DNA of 64,000 nucleotides from a virus. Below, piece after piece: positions 29,898-39,805 of this stretch; within the stretch, counting starts at the first letter, position 1; each line of letters opens with the position of its first letter. The stretch is taken from positions 64,001 to 128,000 of the IMG/VR virus record IMGVR_UViG_3300025154_000049; one strand, given 5' to 3'. The position numbers and the translations under genes were made by a program. The notes beneath the pieces are model-generated. The model was not told the DNA's origin. It saw nothing but the letters and a program-made list of their open reading frames with translations, and made no database searches.

Positions 29898-30985
29898 TGA
29901 TTATATCTCCCGTATTCATTTGAAAATGAGTACATCCAATACCCTACTTGGGTCAGTAAAACTATTATGAAAGTAACTAAATAAGCCCAAGAGGGAGGGT
30001 CTATTTGCATATAATTAAACTTACTGAAGTCTTTTATCTGATAATTTTCTTGTACCTCCTTCTTTATTAAAGGGATTATACCGTCATTCATCTTATTGTC
30101 TAGTATTATAGATTCTAAATTTCTTTTCACTAGAGATTTTTCAGTCCATCCGAAAACATAAGACCATCTATTTCCTTCTATTCCCCCATAACAAATCACT
30201 AAGTCATTCTTCTTACCCCCAACCCAAGCAGATTCTTGGTACATAGCCTGTTCTTTATCTTTGTTTCCAAAGTAAATCATAATTAAGTTGATTTTTTTAG
30301 TAGCTCCAAGCTCAGTATTCAAAACATCCCAAGCATGGGGAGTTATAGTAGACACGTTGATAAGTCTATCACTTTGAAACCAATTATTATTTTGAGGATA
30401 CTCGAGGGTCTTCATATTTTTAGGAATTTCTACGAAGGAGAAGTTAGATTTAGTTGCTTTTATAATATTAGTCCAACTTCTTGTGGTAGTTGTAGGAAAG
30501 TAAATTTGACCCGTTCTATTATAGGTAGCATAAATGTTGGGGTCTCCTCCGTCAAATCCCGACTTATTACCATCTTCTGTATTATAATTTCCAAAAATAT
30601 TAGATATCTGTTTAAATGTGGCTTCCTCTATCTTGTTACTTTCCCCAGTAGAAGAATCAGCTTCCCAATATCTTTCATGAGTTCTATGTTCGGTAGTGTA
30701 ATAGGTAGTACAAACTTCGTTCTTACCGCTACCCGAGCAAGATGTATGGGCTTCTTGATATTCTTCTATCCACTCTGGATAATAGGTAGCTCTTATTATA
30801 TGACCCGACCAAGTTTCTGTATCGGAGGTCATTCCAGCATATAAACATCCGTGAATAATTCCAACTGTTGCGAATCCTATTAAAACACTAAGTAGCCACT
30901 CCCACCAAACTATTTCTTTTTGTGTTATCCAAAGATAAAATCCTACTATAAGAGGGATAAAACAAATCAAATATAATGCACCCAT
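29894..30985 (-). CDS. conserved membrane protein with large extracytoplasmic domain
   Basis: 2 N-terminal TM + 1 C-terminal TM; W.GGKKNDLVI motif. Confidence 0.8.
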   Translation of the reverse strand: MGALYLICFIPLIVGFYLWITQKEIVWWEWLLSVLIGFATVGIIHGCLYAGMTSDTETWSGHIIRATYYPEWIEEYQEAHTSCSGSGKNEVCTTYYTTEHRTHERYWEADSSTGESNKIEEATFKQISNIFGNYNTEDGNKSGFDGGDPNIYATYNRTGQIYFPTTTTRSWTNIIKATKSNFSFVEIPKNMKTLEYPQNNNWFQSDRLINVSTITPHAWDVLNTELGATKKINLIMIYFGNKDKEQAMYQESAWVGGKKNDLVICYGGIEGNRWSYVFGWTEKSLVKRNLESIILDNKMNDGIIPLIKKEVQENYQIKDFSKFNYMQIDPPSWAYLVTFIIVLLTQVGYWMYSFSNEYGRYNQ

Positions 30986-31070
30986 TATTGTCTCCTTATT
31001 ATATGCAATAATATCATATTAGCACACAATTAATTAAATATCAACTATTTCGTTATAAAAATTTACAAAT

Positions 31071-31298
31071 AAAAAGAGTAGTCCAGCTCGACTACTCTCT
31101 AAATTAAAAGGAATCCCTCAGTCTAAGATTCCTTTGGCTACTAATAGAGTACCCGTAGTCTGCCACACTACACGGAACCAGAGTATTTATAACAGCACGT
31201 AATTGACTGATGACGTACTGTTTTTATTTACCTCCGAAACGCAACTTAGCTTTCGTGGATAGCTACTCCCTACTTGCTGGGAAGAATACGTCTCACAT
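31071..31298 (-). ncRNA. putative structured non-coding RNA (~230 nt)
   Basis: ORF-free, GC-richer, own promoter (31305-31333) and terminator (31071-31100), several stems. Confidence 0.6.
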
Positions 31299-31304
31299 GA
31301 TATT

Positions 31305-31333
31305 ATTATACCACAACCGTATTATTTTGTCAA
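31305..31333 (-). promoter_or_regulatory. sigma70-type promoter
   Basis: TTGACA-17-TATAAT with TG. Confidence 0.85.
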
Positions 31334-31337
31334 GGGG

Positions 31338-32150
31338 CTAACCCCATTCCCATTCAATTTGTTCTTTAGTATATCCAAGTCTTTTTATGTCTGGGTCATT
31401 ACAGAAGGATTCTGCTAATTCGTCGGTATCTTCTTCCTTTAAAAATTCTTCTTCATCCCTATAACCGAAAGAGTTCATATAGATAGAAATAGAATCTGGG
31501 AATATTTTACCTTTATATTCTCCGTCCATTTTGCTATAGTCGTCAGCTAAAATATCAGCATGTAGTCCTAATCCGTTCCAAACGTATAAAGCATCACCCA
31601 TAGAAAATCTTAGATACCTAAATTCTTTGAGCAACTTAGCAAGTTCTTGTCTTGAAGGATTTTTAAAAACATCTATATTTGTTCCGCCATAATCTTTTCT
31701 CCAACCAAGAGGAGGTAATACTACACTTTTGTAGTACTCTTCTTTTAAACCGTGTTTTATATATAAGTTAAGTATCATACCACCTTTTTGTATCTTTTTG
31801 GGAGTATTACTAAAAGTCATGTTATCCCAGTCAGCTACATATTTTCCATCTTTTAGTTCTATAACTCCTCCGACAAGATATTTCCAATTTAACTTTTCTC
31901 CAGCTTTATTTAATTTATCTACAACGGGTTGGTGAAGAGCTGTTACATCCCAAACATAGACATCTTCATTTTCTAAATCTACAACAAATCTCATTCTAAA
32001 TTTTTTATCAAAATATCCTCTATTATCTTTTATGTGATTTATATCTGATATAGTAGGATTTTTGAACACATCTGTTTCGTCATGTGTCCAAGGAAATTTA
32101 TAGGAAGTTACATATTCTTCTTTTATTAATTTTAATATCTTATTAAACAT
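31338..32150 (-). CDS. KKI-E leader protein with two copies of KNP-RF-VW-LH domain
   Basis: MFNKILKLIKEEY; DVFKNP..RF..YVW...LH twice. Confidence 0.8.
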   Translation of the reverse strand: MFNKILKLIKEEYVTSYKFPWTHDETDVFKNPTISDINHIKDNRGYFDKKFRMRFVVDLENEDVYVWDVTALHQPVVDKLNKAGEKLNWKYLVGGVIELKDGKYVADWDNMTFSNTPKKIQKGGMILNLYIKHGLKEEYYKSVVLPPLGWRKDYGGTNIDVFKNPSRQELAKLLKEFRYLRFSMGDALYVWNGLGLHADILADDYSKMDGEYKGKIFPDSISIYMNSFGYRDEEEFLKEEDTDELAESFCNDPDIKRLGYTKEQIEWEWG

Positions 32151-32608
32151 TATCTTCTATCACTCACATCTACGATTAAAACTTTAGGTTTAACCCCTAG
32201 GATAAAAGCAGTATCTAATCTAGTATTACCCGACATAATTCTATACCCTCTGCTGAATTTTAGTACTATTGGGACAGGCATAGCTTCGTTGTTTTTAAAT
32301 CCTTTTACTATCCTATTGACATCTCTTGGAAATTTATAGTGGCTCACAAGCTCTTTGAGGTCTTCTATAGAACTGGTTTGACTTCTATAATCTATTTTAT
32401 CATCAAAGCTTTTATCTATCTCTACAAGTTTTCCTTCTTTAGCTTTCTTTATAAACTCTTTCTCGTTATCAAAGAGGCTCCAATTTTTAATATTTCTTAT
32501 TTCATATTCCCAGTGATATTCCTGACTCAATTCTTTATCGTCAGGAAGTCTCCAAGAATTGTAGTCTAAGAAATTTTCTTTTATTATCTTTAGAATCTTC
32601 TTAAACAT
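32150..32608 (-). CDS. ParB/Srx-like protein with KKI-E leader
   Basis: MFKKILKIIKE; MPVPIVL...IMSGNTRL. Confidence 0.7.
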   Translation of the reverse strand: MFKKILKIIKENFLDYNSWRLPDDKELSQEYHWEYEIRNIKNWSLFDNEKEFIKKAKEGKLVEIDKSFDDKIDYRSQTSSIEDLKELVSHYKFPRDVNRIVKGFKNNEAMPVPIVLKFSRGYRIMSGNTRLDTAFILGVKPKVLIVDVSDRR

Positions 32609-32609
32609 G

Positions 32610-33395
32610 TTATTTTCCAGTCATTCCTTTAACACGTTCTTCTATTTCATTATTAACCCAGTTAAAGTCTACTGTATTATATTTATCTAGTAATTTTCCG
32701 TTATAATGACTTAAATCCTTCAGTTTATCAAACTTAACTACTAAATCTTTTATGTCGTCAATATCTATTCCTTCTTTTATTTCTTTTATAGCATCTGTAA
32801 AAGATTCAGCCATTTCCATAAAAGCAGAATCGTTTTGAACTTGTTCTCCTTTTAATTCGTTTAATATATCAAATAAATCGTCATCATCAGCGTTTAAGTA
32901 TTTTGTAGAGGAAACACCCTCTTCGGTATCTTCATAGTTGTCTTCTTCGTATATATAAGGCTCAACTAACTCTCTTAATTTATTTTCGTCGACACTACCA
33001 AAGTAGTGTTTTCCGCCAAGCACGTCTGTTATAGTATCTAGTAGACTAGGAGAGTATTCCTCATCCCTAATAGCTTCCTCTAAGTATTCCCTGAGTGAAT
33101 CCAATTGATAAAATTCTGAATACTCTTCCCTAAAATTTTCATAATCTCCTCCAACCGACTCTCCCCTATTTCTGAGACCGTGTTCAAATAACCACTTACT
33201 TATTACATCCTCAGATATTTGTTCTGTTGCTTCTAGGATATATTCTCTTAGTTGGTTTTCTTTACTATCGTTAAGTTTTCCAGCCTGAGCTAGATATGTT
33301 AAAACTCCTATCTCTACTAGCATATTATCCAAGTCGAGGTAGTCTTCCAATAAACTTTCTGTAAGTTGTTTTAATTTTTTAAAATAGTTACTCAT
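32610..33395 (-). CDS. acidic hypothetical protein with KKI-E leader
   Basis: MSNYFKKLKQLTE. Confidence 0.75.
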   Translation of the reverse strand: MSNYFKKLKQLTESLLEDYLDLDNMLVEIGVLTYLAQAGKLNDSKENQLREYILEATEQISEDVISKWLFEHGLRNRGESVGGDYENFREEYSEFYQLDSLREYLEEAIRDEEYSPSLLDTITDVLGGKHYFGSVDENKLRELVEPYIYEEDNYEDTEEGVSSTKYLNADDDDLFDILNELKGEQVQNDSAFMEMAESFTDAIKEIKEGIDIDDIKDLVVKFDKLKDLSHYNGKLLDKYNTVDFNWVNNEIEERVKGMTGK

Positions 33396-33693
33396 AAAAA
33401 TGCTCTATTCCACTATGCTGAAAATAATAAATCCTGCCATCTTCACTTCTACCATATTGATAATCATTGGGGTATTTTTTCATGTCCAACAATACATTTT
33501 TATCTACATTACATTTACTAAAGAATTCTTCTTTAGTGATATCTTCCCCATAATAAGTAGCCTCATAATACCTCTTTTGGTCTTTTTTACATATACCAAC
33601 ACAGGTTTGAGTGAAATCTAATTTTTCTATTAAACTAATAATTTTTTTAAACATGTTACTTTCTCGAATATAATTCCCTAAGTTTTGATTCAC
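33388..33693 (-). CDS. hypothetical protein with KKI-E leader
   Basis: probable start at internal MFKKIISLIE; YYFQHSGIEHFY. Confidence 0.7.
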   Translation of the reverse strand: MNQNLGNYIRESNMFKKIISLIEKLDFTQTCVGICKKDQKRYYEATYYGEDITKEEFFSKCNVDKNVLLDMKKYPNDYQYGRSEDGRIYYFQHSGIEHFYE

Positions 33694-33937
33694 CCCTCTT
33701 AGTGAGATAATATTTACCTTTCATATCTTTAGTTATGTACTGATTAGCTATAGCAGAATGAAGTTGCATTCTTATATCATTTATAGTTTTAAATCCTTCT
33801 TCTGGGCTTCTATGGGAGGCTATATTATAAAGGAGGGTTGTCATTCCTAAGCCTGTTCTATTTTTTGCAATATCCATAGGAATAACTGCTTCCCCCAAAA
33901 TGTCTTCTGTTATTTTCTTTAATCTCTCAAGGGACAT
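33656..33937 (-). CDS. winged-helix-like protein with leader
   Basis: MSLERLKKITE; GKYYLTKRGE. Confidence 0.65.
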   Translation of the reverse strand: MSLERLKKITEDILGEAVIPMDIAKNRTGLGMTTLLYNIASHRSPEEGFKTINDIRMQLHSAIANQYITKDMKGKYYLTKRGESKLRELYSRK

Positions 33938-34275
33938 TATTCTCCTCCTCCGTCTCCACCATCCCCGTCTCCGTCATTATCATCATCCCCATAATGCCCT
34001 AAATAAGGGAATCCAATAATCCCCTTACGAGATTTTCTTTTCTTATGTTTTTTCTTTTTTCTCTTCTCGTCTATCTCTTGAGGAACTTCTACAGAATTAC
34101 ATAAAGCAATTATAGTATCAAAGGATTCTTTTTTTGAACTATATGCAATACCACTAGCTATCTCCTGAGCATGTTTCATATCCCTAGGAGTAGTATTTCC
34201 TATTTTTCCAGTACGTTCATATTTATCTAAAAGTTCTTTTATTATCACATCTTTAGATTTTCTTTTGTCTATCAT
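33937..34275 (-). CDS. basic/acidic low-complexity protein
   Basis: KRKKKKHKKRKSRK and GDDDNDGDGDGGDGGGE tracts. Confidence 0.7.
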   Translation of the reverse strand: MIDKRKSKDVIIKELLDKYERTGKIGNTTPRDMKHAQEIASGIAYSSKKESFDTIIALCNSVEVPQEIDEKRKKKKHKKRKSRKGIIGFPYLGHYGDDDNDGDGDGGDGGGE

Positions 34276-34294
34276 TTTTACTTTCCTTACTAAT

Positions 34295-34450
34295 TTAAAC
34301 TAAAGCTTCTTGAGAGTAGGGCATTAGATTTTTTCTAGCATTTTTTATGTATAATTTGTCAGAAGAGATAAATGTTTCTAAATTTCCATATTTTTTACTT
34401 TTAATGAATATGGTAATCTTATCACTATCCATTAAATATTCATTTTTCAT
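34295..34450 (-). pseudogene. internally deleted HNH-AP2 homing endonuclease relic
   Basis: MKNEY..D..TIFIKSKKYGNLETFI joined directly to ARKNLMPYSQEAL. Confidence 0.45.
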
Positions 34451-34454
34451 AATA

Positions 34455-35969
34455 TTATTCTTCATCCTCTTTGTGTATAAAATTAGTAATAGAATATTTA
34501 ACAGCAGATAATGTTTCGTCTGCAAAATATTCTTCATCAAAACCATCAAAACCATAATAAGGTTCACTGATTCTAATCATGTCCCCCTTATTCCTAGATT
34601 TAACATAGGAAGTTAGAAATCCATCATACTCCATGTCTTCATAACTACCAAAGTAATCTATAGTATCTTTTATATCGTCTAGGGTAAAATGGAAAATAAA
34701 ATTATCGTCTTCACGAACTATATCGGGGAAATCATCTTTTATAGCACTCATTATTCCGTTGTAGGCTTCTGATTCAGTACCAGAGGTCTTAGCGTTTCTA
34801 GCACTACTGCTTATCTCGTCTAGCATTTCCTCTATATCATCAAATCCTGATTTCTCTTTAAGCTCTTCGAGGATATCATCGTCTCTTCTTTCATCAAAAT
34901 AATTAATTATATCTTTCAGGGATAAATCAATTTTATACAGATACTCGTCTATGTTTGCATATCTTTCACTTTTTAAGTATTTTAGAGCATGTCCAATACT
35001 ACTATCGTCTATATCTATATCGTAAAAAATGTTGGATTCTCCCGTCAATATTTCAGTGGCTGAGTCAGGGCTTACGTAATCTCCTCTTCCGCTTTCTGTA
35101 ACGGTACTTTCTATGAACGAAGGGATATTTTCTTTATATGCTATTTTTTTAGTTTCTGGGTCGTATTGTAAATTACTATCAACACCTTGTACAAATTTAT
35201 ATATCTCTTCATCAGTATGTTCTTCTATCAGAAAGAACAATTGAGGAGCATGCTCTAGTATCTCTGGTTTTTCTTTAGTCAGATTAGCATAGAACATTTT
35301 AAGTGATGGGTTATAGTCTAAGAAATCCATAAGTTCTATACTACGGTCATCACTGTCCATAAAAGAACTTGTTTCAAAATGGAACTGATATTTATCTTCT
35401 GGGTCTTCTTTATTTATCATTATATACAAGGTTCCATTCCTTGTATAGTCGTCGTAGTATCCGCTATGTTTTCCACTAGCGGTACACCAAGCAGTTCCAG
35501 CCCCCAACTTACAAGATGCTTCATAGGAAGTAGGAGTCCAGACTTGCCACTTTTCATCTTCAAATAAAAGCTTGGCATCTTTCATGCCTTGCTTTTTTAA
35601 TTCTCTTTGTTGTTGTCTGGCTGATAGTTCAGTATCTTCTCCAGATATTTGTTGTATAGCATTATACAAATCAGGAAGAGATTTAAATTGGAATATATCT
35701 TTGTTAGTAAATTTCTTTTTATTTTCTTCAAAAGTATTTAAATAATCTGTTACTTTATAGAAATCTTCTTCCTTTAAATTTCCTTTATTGTATATAGAAA
35801 GAATCCACCTACCGTAATTACCCAAATTCTCATTACCCCTATAGGTAGGGTCTAAGGCTATAAGCTTTCTAATCATATCTTCCTCTATGTTAGGAAAATA
35901 TTTTTTAATCTCCGCAATACCCTCATATATTAATTTATCGACTAACTTTGTAATCTTATTAAAGTTCAT
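34455..35969 (-). CDS. leader-bearing protein with GTxWCT (PcfJ-like) domain
   Basis: MNFNKITKLVDKLIYE; P.SYEASCKLGAGTAWCTA; paralogous to 43760..45766. Confidence 0.8.
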   Translation of the reverse strand: MNFNKITKLVDKLIYEGIAEIKKYFPNIEEDMIRKLIALDPTYRGNENLGNYGRWILSIYNKGNLKEEDFYKVTDYLNTFEENKKKFTNKDIFQFKSLPDLYNAIQQISGEDTELSARQQQRELKKQGMKDAKLLFEDEKWQVWTPTSYEASCKLGAGTAWCTASGKHSGYYDDYTRNGTLYIMINKEDPEDKYQFHFETSSFMDSDDRSIELMDFLDYNPSLKMFYANLTKEKPEILEHAPQLFFLIEEHTDEEIYKFVQGVDSNLQYDPETKKIAYKENIPSFIESTVTESGRGDYVSPDSATEILTGESNIFYDIDIDDSSIGHALKYLKSERYANIDEYLYKIDLSLKDIINYFDERRDDDILEELKEKSGFDDIEEMLDEISSSARNAKTSGTESEAYNGIMSAIKDDFPDIVREDDNFIFHFTLDDIKDTIDYFGSYEDMEYDGFLTSYVKSRNKGDMIRISEPYYGFDGFDEEYFADETLSAVKYSITNFIHKEDEE

Positions 35970-35994
35970 ATAACATACCCATCAAACATTTATC

Positions 35995-36010
35995 CTATTT
36001 ATAATTTAAA
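35995..36010 (-). promoter_or_regulatory. late-type promoter motif
   Basis: TTTAAATTATAAATAG. Confidence 0.65.
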
Positions 36011-36012
36011 AG

Positions 36013-36049
36013 AAATGTAGTAGAATTGTTCAAAAACTACTACATTTTA
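36013..36049 (-). terminator. intrinsic terminator
   Basis: AAATGTAGTAG/CTACTACATTT hairpin. Confidence 0.65.
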
Positions 36050-36229
36050 TTTATTAAGTTTACAGCTACTATTTATGGGTTATTGTAGCTATCCTTAAGC
36101 CTCCATCAGTGGTAAGTCTCACATCATATACTTCAGGGTCTCCACCTTTTTTTAAATAGTCTTCTATGTAACCATTAACTTTCTCTTCTAATACATCTAA
36201 TTGTAGGCTAGTTTGAAAAAATTTTACTC

Positions 36230-36424
36230 TCACTTTCTTTCTCCTTTTATAACTTTTGTTAAGTGTTTAATAAAGTCGTAAGTATCTTGTAAGAAATCTA
36301 AGGTTACTACTGGGAATAGTATTCCTTCATTTCCGTGTGCATCCGTTGTTCTGGCGAATACTTTCATCTCTTTACTTTCATCATCAATCTCGATGATGTA
36401 GCAGGAATCTTCGTAATATTTCAT
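36230..36424 (-). CDS. hypothetical protein
   Basis: 64 aa coupled ORF. Confidence 0.65.
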   Translation of the reverse strand: MKYYEDSCYIIEIDDESKEMKVFARTTDAHGNEGILFPVVTLDFLQDTYDFIKHLTKVIKGERK

Positions 36425-37065
36425 TAAGGTAAGTTACCTCCTGTTATTAATTGTCCCGAACAAGCCCAACCAGTTCCATTCTTCTGACAATCATTAGTGT
36501 AACCTTTTAAGTATATAGGGTAAGCATCGTTAGGAGAATCAACTCTATTAGCAACAATACCCGTAGATGTAATCCAGAAATAGAACACATCTTCTCCTGC
36601 AACACTTCTACCTTTAGCTCCATCTACGTTTACTATGATATCTCCACAAATATTATTCATGTGTTGTTGAGCGTAATCACAATTAGGGAATATCATTCTA
36701 GGCATTATGACTATACCATTAGCCAGAGCATACTTCTCATTATTAAATGTCTCTGGGAACATACTTCCGTCTTGTAATGATACATTTCTTAATCCAAGAC
36801 TGTTATCATTACCTGAAGCTGTTTTAAGGACTATTAAGTATTTTTTTAAGAAATCACTATTTAGATTTTTTAAACTTCCGCCATTTTCGTTGGAAGCCAA
36901 ACTTCCAGCATTACTTAATACACTAGCTATAACTTGAACCTGACTTCTTCTTTTAATGTCTCTTATTTTTGTTATTGTCGTGGGAATTGTTAAAGCACAT
37001 ACAACTCCTATAATAACTAGAACCAATAATGTCTCTGCTAAAGTAAATCCGCTTCTTCTTTTCAT
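36424..37065 (-). CDS. type IV pilin / pseudopilin, Melainabacteria-like family
   Basis: G|FTLAETLLVLVIIGVVCALTIP N-methylation motif; VNVDGAKGRSVAGEDVFYF. Confidence 0.88.
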   Translation of the reverse strand: MKRRSGFTLAETLLVLVIIGVVCALTIPTTITKIRDIKRRSQVQVIASVLSNAGSLASNENGGSLKNLNSDFLKKYLIVLKTASGNDNSLGLRNVSLQDGSMFPETFNNEKYALANGIVIMPRMIFPNCDYAQQHMNNICGDIIVNVDGAKGRSVAGEDVFYFWITSTGIVANRVDSPNDAYPIYLKGYTNDCQKNGTGWACSGQLITGGNLP

Positions 37066-37098
37066 TTTATAATCTCCTTTTATTTAACCTTACTTAAA

Positions 37099-37133
37099 TA
37101 GTATAGCAAAGAAAAAGGACTTTTTCAAGTCCT
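37099..37133 (-). promoter_or_regulatory. terminator-promoter cassette, identical to 41018-41052
   Basis: AGGACTTGAAAAAGTCCTTTTT hairpin containing -35; TATACT -10. Confidence 0.8.
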
Positions 37134-37163
37134 GAGTTACATAAGGTTAAGCTATTGTTACAA

Positions 37164-37445
37164 TTAAATTAATTCTACTAACTTACTAAATCTATAGATG
37201 AATATTAAATCTTTAGGATTCTCTACTCCTTCAAAGTCGGGGAAATCTTTAAATAAATTTTTAATCTCCACTATCTGACTTCTACTAGGTATACCGTGGA
37301 TAGAAAAACTTATAGTTACTTCGTAGTTTTCTTCTTCTGCATTAGTTATCTCTATGCCATGTTCTTTTAGTTTATCCTTGAGTTCGTCTACATATATTTT
37401 TAAGTAACCGTCTTCAAGTATACTTTTTAATTTCTTGTAGGACAT
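37164..37445 (-). CDS. hypothetical protein with KKI-E leader
   Basis: MSYKKLKSILE. Confidence 0.7.
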   Translation of the reverse strand: MSYKKLKSILEDGYLKIYVDELKDKLKEHGIEITNAEEENYEVTISFSIHGIPSRSQIVEIKNLFKDFPDFEGVENPKDLIFIYRFSKLVELI

Positions 37446-37455
37446 CGGTTCTCCC

Positions 37456-38004
37456 CTATTTATTGAATACTTTAACGTCGTCGTCTTTTCCAGTTTTGAA
37501 TGAATTGTCCGTTCTAGTTGATGTTACTATAGTTACTTCTATTTCATGTCTTCCTAATAAACTTAAGAATAGTCCGCTTGGAAATTGTCTTAAAAGTTGT
37601 TTATGTTGTCTATTCAAGTCAAGTAATTCCTTTTGTCTCATCGTGAAAGAATCTCTCGAAGAGGTAATAATATTTTGCAAGTTCTGAAAGGTTTTTGTAT
37701 CTATGGTAGGACAACTCTCTTGAACCCAGTTCATAATAGCTTGACCAGAATCTTTACCCTTTCTTGCATCGGCATACCCTACGATAATTTCTTTAAGAGC
37801 ATCTTTTTGACCCTGAGTTACCTGAGCCACTTGGCTAATCTTTTTCCACATATTATCATACTCACTAGAATTATCTTCTTGTTTAGTTTCAATAGCTGTT
37901 CTAAGGGTTACTTCTTGATTTGAATAATTTACAAACATGCTTCCGATAAAAAATACAGCCACTATAACTATAGTAATAATACCTAATAAAATTCTAACTA
38001 ACAT
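37456..38004 (-). CDS. LemA-like membrane-anchored protein
   Basis: N-terminal TM, helical body, FPSGLFL. Confidence 0.65.
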   Translation of the reverse strand: MLVRILLGIITIVIVAVFFIGSMFVNYSNQEVTLRTAIETKQEDNSSEYDNMWKKISQVAQVTQGQKDALKEIIVGYADARKGKDSGQAIMNWVQESCPTIDTKTFQNLQNIITSSRDSFTMRQKELLDLNRQHKQLLRQFPSGLFLSLLGRHEIEVTIVTSTRTDNSFKTGKDDDVKVFNK

Positions 38005-38233
38005 AATTTCTCCTTCTTTTAATTCTTTATATACTATAACATGATTTAATTTATTTTTAAAGTACTTGTTAAGAAATATTAATCTAGGTAATTCTCATGT
38101 CCTTTTTGAATTGCCTTTCTGGTTGTTTCATTATTTAAATAAACTAATCCACATCCAGAACAAACCATCCAAGGAATACATTTTAATTTTCTAGGCTTAT
38201 GAGGTTCCCATTTTATCTTAGGTTGTTCATTCA

Positions 38234-38476
38234 TTAATCTTTACCCGTATAAAAATATAAGGATGTTTCTATGGTAAAGGGTATTTCTAAGTTGAATAAA
38301 AACATATCGCAACATTTACACCCGTTTACATACCTAAACCAAAAGTCATCTACAGATATTGGTACAAGATATAATTTAAATTGAGCTTCCTTAAAGGGGA
38401 TACTAATAGAAAACCCAAATAAACAATACTTAAATAAATATATTCTTAAAAAATCAAATATTTCCAGTTCAAACAT
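38234..38476 (-). CDS. hypothetical protein
   Basis: 80 aa. Confidence 0.55.
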   Translation of the reverse strand: MFELEIFDFLRIYLFKYCLFGFSISIPFKEAQFKLYLVPISVDDFWFRYVNGCKCCDMFLFNLEIPFTIETSLYFYTGKD

Positions 38477-38480
38477 CTTG

Positions 38481-38783
38481 TTACTCCGTTAGTTCTATCA
38501 AAGACCTTATTACTTCTATAGATATATCTCTATATTCTTCTGTATTTTTAGGGTTAAAACAATCAGCTACCAAATTTAATACTTTATTAAATTTTGAATA
38601 GGATTTCTCTCGTGTGTTGTCTATCATGTCTACAGGAATAAATAGTTTAGCAGAAGATTTAAAAGTAAATTCTATGCCAATCCACTCACTTTCTGAGTTT
38701 TCACTAAATTTACTTATCTTGATAACATATCCAGCTACTTCTTTAGTATCTATTATTCCGTTCCCTATTATATTTATTATCAC
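38481..38783 (-). CDS. hypothetical protein with MxEL-type tag
   Basis: ends SLIELTE. Confidence 0.75.
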   Translation of the reverse strand: MIINIIGNGIIDTKEVAGYVIKISKFSENSESEWIGIEFTFKSSAKLFIPVDMIDNTREKSYSKFNKVLNLVADCFNPKNTEEYRDISIEVIRSLIELTE

Positions 38784-39229
38784 AGCACAAGTTCTCTCAT
38801 CATAGTGTATGTTGTTTTGACTCCTTTACATCTTAAGTATATTTCAAACTTATCATTTATATTAGTTGTAGAGTCATACCTATATTTTATAAATCCTACT
38901 CCAACACCATAAATAACACTAGAAGTGTGTTGAAGGAATAAAGGTACGTTATTATTTTTCAATACTACTAACACTTTAGAAGCAGGTTTATTAGCTTGTA
39001 GTGTCTTCATCAATTCTCTGGTATCTTTACCATACTCTTTTATCTTTTCTGCATTAGGTTTTTTCCAATCCTCTTTAAATAGAACTACATCAAAAGAATT
39101 ATAAGCCTCAGAGGATATGTCTGAATTTTCCACGTATGGATTTATATAGGTAACTACATTACCTTCCCAGATAGATTCTTCGACTTTTAAAAATTCTATT
39201 AAAGAATATAATTCTAATTCTATGTTCAT
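38780..39229 (-). CDS. hypothetical protein with MxEL tag
   Basis: ends MMRELVL. Confidence 0.75.
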   Translation of the reverse strand: MNIELELYSLIEFLKVEESIWEGNVVTYINPYVENSDISSEAYNSFDVVLFKEDWKKPNAEKIKEYGKDTRELMKTLQANKPASKVLVVLKNNNVPLFLQHTSSVIYGVGVGFIKYRYDSTTNINDKFEIYLRCKGVKTTYTMMRELVL

Positions 39230-39525
39230 CCAATAAGTTCCCTCATAGCTACAAACTTAATCATGAACTCGCCATAACTTTTTATATCTTTGAATATTTT
39301 TAATTTACAACCATCTTTTATATTACTGTTTATAAAGTTTTCTGCATCCCAATTATTCATAGTATTCACTAATTCACAGTTATGGTCATAAGCTACATAA
39401 CATAATGATGTTACGTTCTTAATAACGTAATAAGTTTCTTCGTCATATACCAAGTAGTAATAACTAGGGTTTATATCTTTTATTTTACGCATTGATTCTC
39501 CTAATAAAAATAGAGTTGTTGCCAA
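39226..39525 (-). CDS. hypothetical protein with MxEL tag
   Basis: ends AMRELIG; true start likely MRKIKD. Confidence 0.7.
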   Translation of the reverse strand: MATTLFLLGESMRKIKDINPSYYYLVYDEETYYVIKNVTSLCYVAYDHNCELVNTMNNWDAENFINSNIKDGCKLKIFKDIKSYGEFMIKFVAMRELIG

Positions 39526-39550
39526 CTCTGGGGAAAGGGAAAGGGATTTA

Positions 39551-39805
39551 TTATCTTATTAATTCTTTCATCACTCTCTCTCTATTCACACAATCTTGAT
39601 TATGGTATCTTTTGCTACTGTACCACATTCCTGTTTTTTCTTTGATATTAATACAACTGCTTCCTTTATCTATCCATTTTTTGCACCCATCACACACAAA
39701 TGATTTTCTACTTTTCTTTACGTAGATTACCTGTCTTCCGTCAGTATCCATTAAAGTTTCTCTCCACATAATATACAATGATGATTCATTTGACAAGTGT
39801 AACAA
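39551..39805 (-). CDS. zinc-binding hypothetical protein with MxEL tag
   Basis: CDGC...H..C; ends VMKELIR. Confidence 0.7.
   Translation of the reverse strand: MLHLSNESSLYIMWRETLMDTDGRQVIYVKKSRKSFVCDGCKKWIDKGSSCINIKEKTGMWYSSKRYHNQDCVNRERVMKELIR

Noticed and set aside
34451-34567. N-terminal part of track ORF 34295..34567
   Set aside because: It overlaps the end of the 504-aa gene in another frame; the plausible start is at 34450.
2988-37065. Diversity-generating retroelement acting on tail or pilin genes
   Set aside because: No reverse transcriptase and no adenine-specific template/variable repeat pair were seen in the window.
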